This document shows, piece after piece, positions 26,519 through 33,543 of a stretch of 39,107 bases of DNA. The position numbers were made by a program, and so were the translations under genes. The notes under the pieces are model-generated. The model had not been told where the DNA came from. It worked only from the letters and a program-made list of their open reading frames with translations, and searched no databases. This stretch comes from a virus. The stretch lies in the IMG/VR virus record IMGVR_UViG_3300045988_011822; one strand, given 5' to 3'. Position 1 is the first letter of the stretch; each line of letters starts with the position of its first letter.

Positions 26519-27435
26519 TGCTGCCTCCGTTTCCTCATTCTCGCCCGTATGTAGAACATTGAGTTGAAATCGTTGTAATAGATTCCCGCATCCGTAAAAT
26601 CAAAATCCGGATACCATTTCAACATCTGCTCACGAACCTGCTCATGTCCTTTTCTCATGGTCTCGACGTATGTTCCGATTTTCTTATATCCTCCGGCTTT
26701 TGCTGTCGGTCTCTTTGAATGAACCACCTTGATGTCGGGGTCTCTCAATCCCTGTGAGGAGTTCCACCGTTTCTCCGATTTCACCCTGTTCTTTTCCTCG
26801 ACGATATACTTTGCCATTCCTGTCAAACCGTTCTCGTCCTTTTGCAGCCTCCGAACCTCGTTCCTGCTGCTCTGTTTCCAACATCCCTCAACCACATCCA
26901 TGTCCATGTCGCCATCCATGACAATGTGATGATGCCACCGGATTTCCTCTGTCGGATTGTAGGCGGTCACATAGACATATCTTGCGTTCGGGAGACCCCT
27001 TTTCTTTCTCTGATAATTCACCCGTCGGATGAATTTCTGCACGTTCTTGATTGCTGCGTCGATGTCTCCGTCCGGAGGGAGATGCTCATTGTCGTATGTA
27101 AACGTGAGCCACAAATCTCTGTCCGTGAAATTCTCATTGATAAGACGCTCCACATATTTCCTTGCGTTCTTGTCGTTCAGATTCCTTTGAGCCTTGTCAT
27201 TGTCCTTTTTGATACTCCGACCCTCCGGAGGTACTTCATCCATTTTCTTGAACTGTGGATATATCTCAACCTCGAACTGGTCTCCTGCTCGTATCTCCTT
27301 GAGTGCATATACAACCTTTTTCCCATGCTTGAACATCTGCTCAACAAAAAACTCATTCATGTCCTCAAGGCTCTTGTTGTATGCTGCCTCATAGTCATAC
27401 GGGATGAACGTCATCCCTTTCTTTCTCTTTGCCAT
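26515..27435 (-). CDS. Rolling-circle replication initiator (HUH endonuclease superfamily)
   Basis: LWLTFTYD (motif 1), RWHHHIVMDG (HUH) and MAKYIVEEK (Y-x-x-K). Start placed at MAKRKKGMTF, preceded by AGGAGG. The track start at GTG 27534 is less likely. Confidence 0.65.
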   Translation of the reverse strand: MAKRKKGMTFIPYDYEAAYNKSLEDMNEFFVEQMFKHGKKVVYALKEIRAGDQFEVEIYPQFKKMDEVPPEGRSIKKDNDKAQRNLNDKNARKYVERLINENFTDRDLWLTFTYDNEHLPPDGDIDAAIKNVQKFIRRVNYQRKKRGLPNARYVYVTAYNPTEEIRWHHHIVMDGDMDMDVVEGCWKQSSRNEVRRLQKDENGLTGMAKYIVEEKNRVKSEKRWNSSQGLRDPDIKVVHSKRPTAKAGGYKKIGTYVETMRKGHEQVREQMLKWYPDFDFTDAGIYYNDFNSMFYIRARMRKRRQQ

Positions 27436-27558
27436 TCTGACACCGTTCCTCCTGCTGCCCTTATATATACTTTTCAACGACTTGTTACTATCCATCACAA
27501 GGTCGTCAAAAGGGTCTGAAACCCTTTGAATCACGGGGTTTTTCCCGCTTTTTCATGC

Positions 27559-27587
27559 TTGCAATATGGTGTCAGATTTGCTATAAT
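27559..27587 (+). promoter_or_regulatory. Near-consensus promoter on the plus strand, pointing away from all nearby genes
   Basis: TTGCAAtatggtgtcagatttgcTATAAT (17-nt spacer). Confidence 0.5.
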
Positions 27588-27593
27588 ATTTTT

Positions 27594-27660
27594 AGGTTTT
27601 AAGCGTCTGACACAGACTGCTAAACGGGAGACCGCTGCAACGGTCTCCTTTCTTTTTGCT
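27594..27660 (+). ncRNA. Candidate ~65-nt small RNA (promoter to terminator unit)
   Basis: Lies between the TTGCAA-17-TATAAT promoter (27559-27587) and the terminator hairpin (27627-27648 plus T-run). An internal hairpin GTCTG-aca-CAGAC is present. There is no ORF. Confidence 0.4.
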
Positions 27661-27667
27661 CTTTTTT
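27627..27667. terminator. Strong stem-loop with a T-run on the plus strand
   Basis: GGAGACCG-ctgcaa-CGGTCTCC followed by tttctttttgctctttttt, with an A-rich tract on the other side. Confidence 0.6.
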
Positions 27668-27690
27668 CTCATGCTCTGCATATTCATTTT

Positions 27691-28617
27691 TTAGGTGTAT
27701 TCCTCGTAAATCGCCCCCTCCATATCGAACGCAAGTTGACCGTCCATGTTGTCATCTTCCATCCACCACTTAAACACTTTCAGACCTGTTGACCACTTAT
27801 TACAATTCTTTAAGCCTCTTTTTTCTCGTTCAATCAGCATCTTGTCAAATGCTCTGATATATGCCTCTTTGTATTTTGGATAACGTTCAAATTCGCTCCA
27901 TCTCTTATCTCCTGCCATCGGGCAGCCGATACAACCAACCCTGCAATTTCCGCATCCGTATAGTGGATTTAGACAAATTGCATTTTTCTTTATATACCAC
28001 CACAGAAATTCATCATCCCAGTCTATCAGCGGATTTATAATGACCTTGTGCGTTCTGAAACAGTTTTCAACGGTTCTCCTCGTTTCTGCATTGTCGAGGT
28101 TCATCACAATCACCCCGCCCTTGTTCGTTGACAGAAAATTGTCGTCTTTTTCTGCCTCTTTTAATAAATCTTTTTTAGGTTTTGGGATTGTAATTGCACC
28201 TTGATTGTTTTTTCGATTATTGCTTTCTGCTTTTCTTACACCTGTGACGATTCTCTCCCCAAACTCTCCAGTGTTCTCTTTAAGGTCTGCACAGCAATAT
28301 CGCATCAAGCGTGTCGGCGGTGTGACATGCCTCACGATCAACTGCCACATGCTCTCTTTTGGATAATGAATTTCATACGGAATCCCCATCTGTTCAAACT
28401 TTCGTTTTTCTTCCCGAACAAAATAGACCGTTTCCGGTGCATCCACTGTTGTGTGATTATGACGAACTCTGAATTGCAACCCATATTTTTCTTTCGCTTG
28501 CAACGCTATGTGCTTTAGAACACTGCTGTCTTTTCCTCCGCTGTCGCAGATAATGCACTCACTTCTTTCACACATCATGTGCAATATTTCTATTGCATTT
28601 TTCTCCAGTCGTTCCAT
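27691..28617 (-). CDS. PAPS reductase-family (PP-loop ATPase) protein with a C-terminal Cys cluster
   Basis: SGGKDS PP-loop motif (IICDSGGKDSSV). C-terminal CGNCRVGCIGC. Start placed at MERLEKNAIE, preceded by GGAGGG. The upstream 48 codons of the track ORF overlap the 53-aa ORF. Confidence 0.8.
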   Translation of the reverse strand: MERLEKNAIEILHMMCERSECIICDSGGKDSSVLKHIALQAKEKYGLQFRVRHNHTTVDAPETVYFVREEKRKFEQMGIPYEIHYPKESMWQLIVRHVTPPTRLMRYCCADLKENTGEFGERIVTGVRKAESNNRKNNQGAITIPKPKKDLLKEAEKDDNFLSTNKGGVIVMNLDNAETRRTVENCFRTHKVIINPLIDWDDEFLWWYIKKNAICLNPLYGCGNCRVGCIGCPMAGDKRWSEFERYPKYKEAYIRAFDKMLIEREKRGLKNCNKWSTGLKVFKWWMEDDNMDGQLAFDMEGAIYEEYT

Positions 28618-28626
28618 CTCGCCCTC

Positions 28627-28788
28627 CTCATGCTGTTGCAACCGCTGTCTTTCCCTGCTGCTCCCACTTCTGACGTTCCTCCTGTTTTCCTGCCATATAT
28701 CCGGCAATATAGGACTTGTCAACGTCATCCATCTGTGTGAACCGCTCTGCGATGTTCTCAATCATTTCTTTTCTTTCATCCTTTGACA
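28627..28788 (-). CDS. Small hypothetical protein (53 aa, below the ORF-track cutoff)
   Basis: My translation is MSKDERKEMIENIAERFTQMDDVDKSYIAGYMAGKQEERQKWEQQGKTAVATA. It ends 7 nt before the PAPS-reductase ATG. Confidence 0.45.
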
Positions 28789-28794
28789 TATATG

Positions 28795-29016
28795 TCACGC
28801 TCCTCTCTTTCCTCTGATTCTCTCAAGTTCTGCCTGTATGTCTTTTCCGGAATAATCTGCAAGAAGTTTCTCCGAAATGTGATAAGTCCATATTGATGAC
28901 ATCTGCACCGCTGTTCCGATAGGGAGTTTCCCTTGCTGCATCGCTATTCGGATGAATTGCGGTGATACATTCAATATGACTGCTGCCTCTGTTGGCAATA
29001 TGCGTCCGACTTCCAT
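28795..29016 (-). CDS. Small HTH DNA-binding protein (excisionase/MerR-like fold, tentative)
   Basis: LPTEAAVILNVSPQFIRIAMQQGKLPIG. RBS AGGAGG. Confidence 0.55.
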   Translation of the reverse strand: MEVGRILPTEAAVILNVSPQFIRIAMQQGKLPIGTAVQMSSIWTYHISEKLLADYSGKDIQAELERIRGKRGA

Positions 29017-29074
29017 CCGTCTGACCTCCTGTTCTGACCTGCCTTGTCAATGCGTGGGCTGTCATCCCACACAG

Positions 29075-29100
29075 ACGGGCGACTGCTGCCCGTTTCGGCT
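29075..29100. repeat. Hairpin-containing repeat, copy A (acGGGCgactgctGCCCgtttcggct)
   Basis: See copy B. It lies immediately after the stop of the 105-aa gene. Confidence 0.7.
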
Positions 29101-29101
29101 C

Positions 29102-29419
29102 TCAATAGTCGTCCTCAATCTGTTCGTCTGCCTCTGTGTAATATTCCCCGTCATATCCTTTTGACATGATTCTCTGATAGCATCTGTCACACACCAGTCT
29201 GAACGGGATTCCATGACAATCCTTTGTGAAATACATATCCTCACGATCAACCTCATGTTCGCACACCGGACATGTCCGAATGTCACGCTCCTCGAATCTG
29301 CATGACAACCCGTTCTGTCTCCTCCTGCAATCCTCGACCGTTCCGTCTCGTCCTGTCATGAGTTGGTTTTTGCAGATGTCGCAATCATTTCCCTCGTTGA
29401 AATATTTCATTTCCTGCAT
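29102..29419 (-). CDS. Cys-rich (zinc-finger-like) hypothetical early protein
   Basis: 105 aa with CDIC...CPVCEH...CDRC. RBS AGGAGGAAACAGG before the ATG. Confidence 0.6.
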   Translation of the reverse strand: MQEMKYFNEGNDCDICKNQLMTGRDGTVEDCRRRQNGLSCRFEERDIRTCPVCEHEVDREDMYFTKDCHGIPFRLVCDRCYQRIMSKGYDGEYYTEADEQIEDDY

Positions 29420-29640
29420 CCTGTTTCCTCCTGTGGAGGCTCTCTCGGTCTGTTCATGACCTCGCCTCTGTTCCGGCTGAATTTACCGTGTTGTGTCTTT
29501 TCGCCTTAAAAAGTCACCGAAAACCTGTCATCCAACTATGAACCTTTTAGCAAGTTCACCCGCTGCCATGTTTCTCACGGTATTCCGACGCTGTCTTTCG
29601 GCTTGCCATCGTCAGAGCGTCGGTCGCCATCCGGACGCTG

Positions 29641-29668
29641 ACGGGGCGACTGCTGCCCCGTTTCGGCT
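29641..29668. repeat. Hairpin-containing repeat, copy B (acGGGGCgactgctGCCCCgtttcggct)
   Basis: Matches 29075-29100 except for one extra G and one extra C, which lengthen the stem. Confidence 0.7.
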
Positions 29669-29673
29669 TTTTC

Positions 29674-29702
29674 TTGTCCTGTTTTCTTTCCTGCCCTATA
29701 AT
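29674..29702 (+). promoter_or_regulatory. Promoter of the 107-aa gene
   Basis: TTGTCC-17 nt-TATAAT. Confidence 0.5.
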
Positions 29703-29742
29703 GAATGTGCGACCATTCTCAAATGACAGGAGGTGAAACAAT

Positions 29743-30066
29743 ATGGACGATTTGACTAAGGAACAAAAACATCTTCTTGTTTCCATGTATAAAGAAGTAT
29801 TGAACCGTCAACCTGCTCTTTCGATGGAAGATGCAAACAAGTTCGACGATTCCGACCAACTCATTGAACTCTTTTCTCTCAATGCGTCATCCGACTACGT
29901 CTCTGACTTATGTTGGAAACTGCATTCAAAGGGATATATCCAGTGTTATTCCGGAGATGACCTTGCGAATGATATTTCTCTATCTGACAAAACGATTGTC
30001 TGCATGGAGAACAGATTCAAAAACGGTCTGAAAGATGTTCTTTCTTTTCTCTCTAACTTTATTTAA
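29743..30066 (+). CDS. Hypothetical protein (possibly YjcQ-like winged helix; low certainty)
   Basis: 107 aa with RBS CAGGAGGTG and its own promoter at 29674-29702. Confidence 0.55.
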   Translation: MDDLTKEQKHLLVSMYKEVLNRQPALSMEDANKFDDSDQLIELFSLNASSDYVSDLCWKLHSKGYIQCYSGDDLANDISLSDKTIVCMENRFKNGLKDVLSFLSNFI

Positions 30067-30260
30067 TCCATGGAGGATGTTTCATTTCTTGAGACATCCT
30101 CTTTTTCATAGAAACTCCCGTTTTTGCATTTCCCTCGTCTCTCGAAATTCATCGCATGGCTGATGTCAGTCGTGTGTCTGCAATCTCCTCCGTTTTTATA
30201 ACAGTTTCTTTTCTTGCAATTTTCTCGTTCTCCATCGCAGAGATAAAAAATTTTTTCCAT
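30063..30260 (-). CDS. Small Cys-rich protein, first gene downstream of the consensus promoter
   Basis: 65 aa, MEKIFYLCDGERENCKKRNCYKNGGDCRHTTDISHAMNFE. RBS TAGGAGG. Confidence 0.55.
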   Translation of the reverse strand: MEKIFYLCDGERENCKKRNCYKNGGDCRHTTDISHAMNFERRGKCKNGSFYEKEDVSRNETSSMD

Positions 30261-30276
30261 CTTTTCGCCTCCTATC

Positions 30277-30345
30277 TGTTGCCTTTGGTTACATTATAGT
30301 GACCGAAGTTCACCTTGTCAATACTTTTTTGTTGCCTCTGGTTAC
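30277..30345. promoter_or_regulatory. Pair of 16-bp operator-like repeats TGTTGCCTYTGGTTAC flanking the consensus promoter
   Basis: 30277-30292 and 30330-30345 are 15/16 identical and 53 bp apart. Each is an imperfect palindrome (TGTTGCC-n3-GGTTACA). The first overlaps the predicted transcription start. Confidence 0.55.
30293..30321 (-). promoter_or_regulatory. Perfect consensus sigma-70-type promoter (TTGACA-17 nt-TATAAT) firing leftward; candidate early lytic promoter
   Basis: Minus strand reads TTGACAaggtgaacttcggtcacTATAAT. Confidence 0.65.
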
Positions 30346-30352
30346 TTTTTTA

Positions 30353-30381
30353 TTGATTTTTGTCAGTTACCGTGCTATGCT
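30353..30381 (+). promoter_or_regulatory. Promoter of the 126-aa regulator gene
   Basis: TTGATT-17 nt-TATGCT with TGc extended -10. The spacer contains tgtcaGTTACC. Confidence 0.5.
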
Positions 30382-30408
30382 TTAGAAAAAAAGAGGAGGT
30401 GATTCTAT

Positions 30409-30789
30409 ATGACGCAGGGTGAACGCATAAAGGATGTGCGAAATTCTCTCGGTCTTACACTTGAAAAATTCGGTGAAAAACTTGGTGTGACGAAAACTGC
30501 AATTTCCCGCATCGAAAAGGGTGAACGCAGTCTCACCGAACAGATGACAAAATCCATTTGTCGAGAGTTTAGCGTTGATTATATGTGGCTGACTACTGGA
30601 GAGGGAGAGATGTTCGTCGAATCCGACGACGACTTTTTTGAAAGAATTGACCGCATCATGGCGGGTGAGAATGAATCTCGCAAAAATATGATAAAAACTC
30701 TCTTGTATGCCTCGGACGCTGATATTGAGGCATTTGACAGACTTGTTGATTATTACATTTCTTTGAGAGCGGATAACAAAAAAGACTGA
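30409..30789 (+). CDS. XRE-family HTH transcriptional regulator, CI-like repressor candidate (no S24 peptidase domain seen)
   Basis: GERIKDVRNSLGLTLEKFGEKLGVTKTAISRIEKGERSLTEQ. Strong RBS AGAGGAGGTG. Confidence 0.85.
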   Translation: MTQGERIKDVRNSLGLTLEKFGEKLGVTKTAISRIEKGERSLTEQMTKSICREFSVDYMWLTTGEGEMFVESDDDFFERIDRIMAGENESRKNMIKTLLYASDADIEAFDRLVDYYISLRADNKKD

Positions 30790-30800
30790 CAGTCTTTTTC
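30781..30800 (+). terminator. Stem-loop terminator of the 126-aa regulator gene
   Basis: AAAGAC-tgaca-GTCTTT followed by ttc. The stop codon lies in the loop. Confidence 0.5.
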
Positions 30801-30950
30801 AACTGCCAGTCTCGTGGGTGTACAGATATAAAACGAATTTATATATCCTCTTGAGGACTTTTTCGCTTTGTATCTTACCGACTAACTCAATGATAGTCTC
30901 TTTGTAATGCAAGGGAACACCACCCCTTTCCGAAACACATCATATCACAT

Positions 30951-31000
30951 ATTTCCATGATTGTGGAAATATCGGAGTTCATTTCCATAATTGTGGAAAT
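30951..31000. promoter_or_regulatory. Two 20-bp palindromic sites (ATTTCCA-N6-TGGAAAT), 30 bp centre to centre
   Basis: 30951-30970 is atttccatgattgtggaaat and 30981-31000 is atttccataattgtggaaat (19/20 identical). Confidence 0.6.
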
Positions 31001-31041
31001 CGTCTCCCGTTCCCACTCACGGAACATGTCATGTGATACAA

Positions 31042-31239
31042 TTATTTGTATTCGGATTCAAACAGGTCGGTTATTTTGACCCCCAGTGCAATCGCTATCG
31101 TTTCGAGTTGAAACAATGTCGGTGACACCTTACCGTTTTCGATGTTGTTGAGCGTCGATTTTCCGATTCCGGATTTCTTCGCCAACTCCATCAACGTGAA
31201 CCCTTTTGAGGTTCTTGTTTCCCATAACAAAACTTTCAT
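31042..31239 (-). CDS. XRE-family helix-turn-helix transcriptional regulator (Cro/CI-like, 65 aa)
   Basis: FTLMELAKKSGIGKSTLNNIENGKVSPTLFQLETIAIALGV. AAGGAGGTG RBS before ATG 31239. Confidence 0.8.
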   Translation of the reverse strand: MKVLLWETRTSKGFTLMELAKKSGIGKSTLNNIENGKVSPTLFQLETIAIALGVKITDLFESEYK

Positions 31240-31311
31240 CCTGCTCACCTCCTTTCGCAAGGAAAAGTGTACAAGGTGATAGGTTTGTTCTAAAGAATGG
31301 AGGTGTTTTGC

Positions 31312-31764
31312 ATGAAATACGGTGTCAGAAAACCGAATGTCAAAAAGAGCATAAAGGCAAGGACTACCGGAAAAGTAAAGAGGCAGGTCAAAAAGGCTGT
31401 GAATCCTCTTTATGGTAAAAAGGGAATTGGGATTGTGAATGACCCGAAAAAGGCTGCTTATAATGCAGTGTATAGTCGAACGACCGTCGGGGTCTCTGAT
31501 GTGATGAAAAGTGCATCATCCGGAAACGGACACACATCCGCATCCTATGACACACCTGCTCCAGTGAAAAAGGAATATTCCGACCGGACATACAATGTCT
31601 GTGGAATTATCCTCATGGTTCTCGCTGTTGTGCTTGTGCTTTTGGGATTTCTCCTGCTGCTTGCTGTTCCTGTTGGCGGTGTTGCTGCCATCCTGTTGGG
31701 TGTCGGCTGTTTTGCCATCGGTCGCAAGTATCGGAAAATTGTGAAAGAACGCTCTGAAAAATAG
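31312..31764 (+). CDS. Membrane protein with a basic N-terminal domain and a C-terminal double TM (lysogeny-module accessory gene)
   Basis: GGAGGTG RBS before ATG 31312. C-terminus ICGIILMVLAVVLVLLGFLLLLAVPVGGVAAILLGVGCFAIG. Confidence 0.6.
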   Translation: MKYGVRKPNVKKSIKARTTGKVKRQVKKAVNPLYGKKGIGIVNDPKKAAYNAVYSRTTVGVSDVMKSASSGNGHTSASYDTPAPVKKEYSDRTYNVCGIILMVLAVVLVLLGFLLLLAVPVGGVAAILLGVGCFAIGRKYRKIVKERSEK

Positions 31765-31881
31765 ATTTACACATAAAAAGACGACCCGTGCTGCAACACG
31801 AATCGCCTTTGTGGAATCTCTTATCTCATGCCCTGCAAAAAGCATTTTGATAGATGAATCCTGCAAACACCATTCTATCAT

Positions 31882-31907
31882 AAAACCGTGCTTTTTGCAT
31901 TGGTTTT
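31882..31907 (+). terminator. Imperfect stem-loop plus T-run downstream of the 150-aa membrane-protein gene
   Basis: AAAACCgTGCtttttGCAttGGTTTT followed by attttttat. Confidence 0.45.
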
Positions 31908-31940
31908 ATTTTTTATACTCTTTTTTAGGATGGTGATTGA

Positions 31941-33032
31941 ATGAAACTACCGAACGGGTTCGGGTCGGTCTATAAATTATCCGGAAACCGACGAAATCCC
32001 TATGTCGCAAAAAAGACAAAAGGGTGGGAAATTGACCCTATAACCGGAAAATCAAAACAATTATATATAACCGTCGGATATTACCCGACACGCAAAGAGG
32101 CTCTCACTGCATTAGCGGAATATAACAAAGACCCCTTTGATTTGCACCATGCAACTATTACTTTCGAGGAAGTGTATGAGAATTGGTCAGAAATCCATTT
32201 TGAAAAAATCAAGGACACGAATGGTTACAAGGCTGCTTTTAACACATCGAAACCCCTGTGGAAAATGAGATTTGTTGACATCAAACTGGATCACCTGCAA
32301 GGTGTCGTCGATAGCTCCGGCAAAAATACTCCCACACTTAAAACCTTGAAAATCCTGTGGGGTCTCATGTATGACTATGCTGTCATTCACGAGATTGTGT
32401 CTCAAGATAAAAGAGACATGGTCAGATACGTCGATATAGGCAAGGCAGGAAATCCGAACGCATACAACCGGAAACCTTTTTCAAAGAAAGAGATTTCTAT
32501 TCTGTGGAAATGTAAGGATTCAAACATATATGTGACCGTCATTCTTATTATGATTTATTCCGGTGTCCGTATCGGGGAACTCCTCGACCTTGAGAAAAAG
32601 GACATCCATCTTGATGAACGATGGTTCTATGTGAAAGAATCCAAAACAGAGGCAGGAATCAGAGAAGTTCCCATTGCTGAAAAGATTGTACCATTCTTTG
32701 AATACTGGATGAACCGGAAATGTGACCATCTGATTTGTACACCCGACGACGAACCTTTTCAGTACCGGAATTATTATGATTCTTACTGGATTCCTCTGAT
32801 GCTTGAGTTCGGTTTCGGGAAATTCGTCATTGATGAAACGAAAAAAGAACCTGTCTATGACGGACACCGCCCGCATGATACAAGACACACCTGCATCTCT
32901 CTCCTCACCGAAAAGGAAGTTGACGAGAGATTCATCAAGAAAATTGTCGGGCATAAAGGACAGGGTGTGACCGAAAACGTCTACACCCACATTGAACTCC
33001 CGACCAAACTTGAGGCGATCAATTTGATTTGA
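31941..33032 (+). CDS. int: Tyrosine recombinase / phage integrase
   Basis: 363 aa. The C-terminal catalytic region is ...GVRIGELLDL..., RPHDTRHTCISLL, IVGHKGQGVTENVYTH (R..H-x-x-R..H..Y pattern). Confidence 0.9.
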   Translation: MKLPNGFGSVYKLSGNRRNPYVAKKTKGWEIDPITGKSKQLYITVGYYPTRKEALTALAEYNKDPFDLHHATITFEEVYENWSEIHFEKIKDTNGYKAAFNTSKPLWKMRFVDIKLDHLQGVVDSSGKNTPTLKTLKILWGLMYDYAVIHEIVSQDKRDMVRYVDIGKAGNPNAYNRKPFSKKEISILWKCKDSNIYVTVILIMIYSGVRIGELLDLEKKDIHLDERWFYVKESKTEAGIREVPIAEKIVPFFEYWMNRKCDHLICTPDDEPFQYRNYYDSYWIPLMLEFGFGKFVIDETKKEPVYDGHRPHDTRHTCISLLTEKEVDERFIKKIVGHKGQGVTENVYTHIELPTKLEAINLI

Positions 33033-33046
33033 TGGAGGGTAATGTC

Positions 33047-33385
33047 ATGAACAGAACAGAATACAAGAATAATTTTTATAAAGAGCATTATGAACGAATA
33101 AACCTCGCAGTTCCTAAAGGAATGAAAGATATTATCCGGACGCTCGCAGCAGACAAGGGAATGTCTATCAACGCATACATTCAAGACCTTGTCAGAAAAG
33201 ACCAGTGCGGAATGTTCGACACGATGCAGGTTGCAGAAAAGAACAGGGAAATGATTTCCGGAATCACTGGAAACATGCACGACGGATATGACATCATATT
33301 CAAGGACGGTCATTCCTGTCACTGCCGGACGAAAAAAGATGTCCGGTCATGTATCATTGAATACTGCAAAGAAAAGGGTGATTGA
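33047..33385 (+). CDS. Small DNA-binding protein candidate (ribbon-helix-helix/Arc-like N-terminus), possible recombination directionality factor or regulator
   Basis: ORF just downstream of int (14-nt gap at the preferred ATG 33047; the track start 33029 overlaps int by 4 nt). GGAGGG lies 7 nt before ATG 33047. N-terminus ...HYERINLAVPKGMKDIIRTLAADKGMSINAYIQDLV. Confidence 0.45.
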   Translation: MNRTEYKNNFYKEHYERINLAVPKGMKDIIRTLAADKGMSINAYIQDLVRKDQCGMFDTMQVAEKNREMISGITGNMHDGYDIIFKDGHSCHCRTKKDVRSCIIEYCKEKGD

Positions 33386-33463
33386 ATCGCCCTTTTTTCA
33401 TGCAAAAATGTGTCTTGCACAAGATTTCAAAAGTATTGCACAAGACACCTGTTTTCGTGTTAG

Positions 33464-33491
33464 TTACCTGTGTGTTACCTGTTAGTTACCG
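33464..33491 (+). promoter_or_regulatory. Three GTTACC repeats phased at 11 bp (candidate integrase arm-type or regulator sites; attP region)
   Basis: ttaGTTACCtgtgtGTTACCtgttaGTTACCgg. Confidence 0.45.
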
Positions 33492-33543
33492 GAACATTTT
33501 CGTGTGTTTTGATGGTGTCTGATAGATTTTCAGAATATAAAGA

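Noticed and set aside
28617-28761. N-terminal 48 codons of the 356-aa PAPS-reductase track ORF
   Set aside because: This part overlaps a better small ORF in another frame, and the internal Met has a GGAGGG RBS. The extension (MRTSQSGSHRWMTLTS…) looks non-coding.
29493-29786. 77-aa plus-strand and 76-aa minus-strand ORFs in the early regulatory region
   Set aside because: They overlap promoter and hairpin elements and each other. Their composition is Arg/Ser-rich and they have no RBS.
30951-31000. Repeated 20-mers as a mini CRISPR array
   Set aside because: There are only two copies with a 10-nt spacer. The internal palindromic structure is typical of operators, and there are no cas genes.
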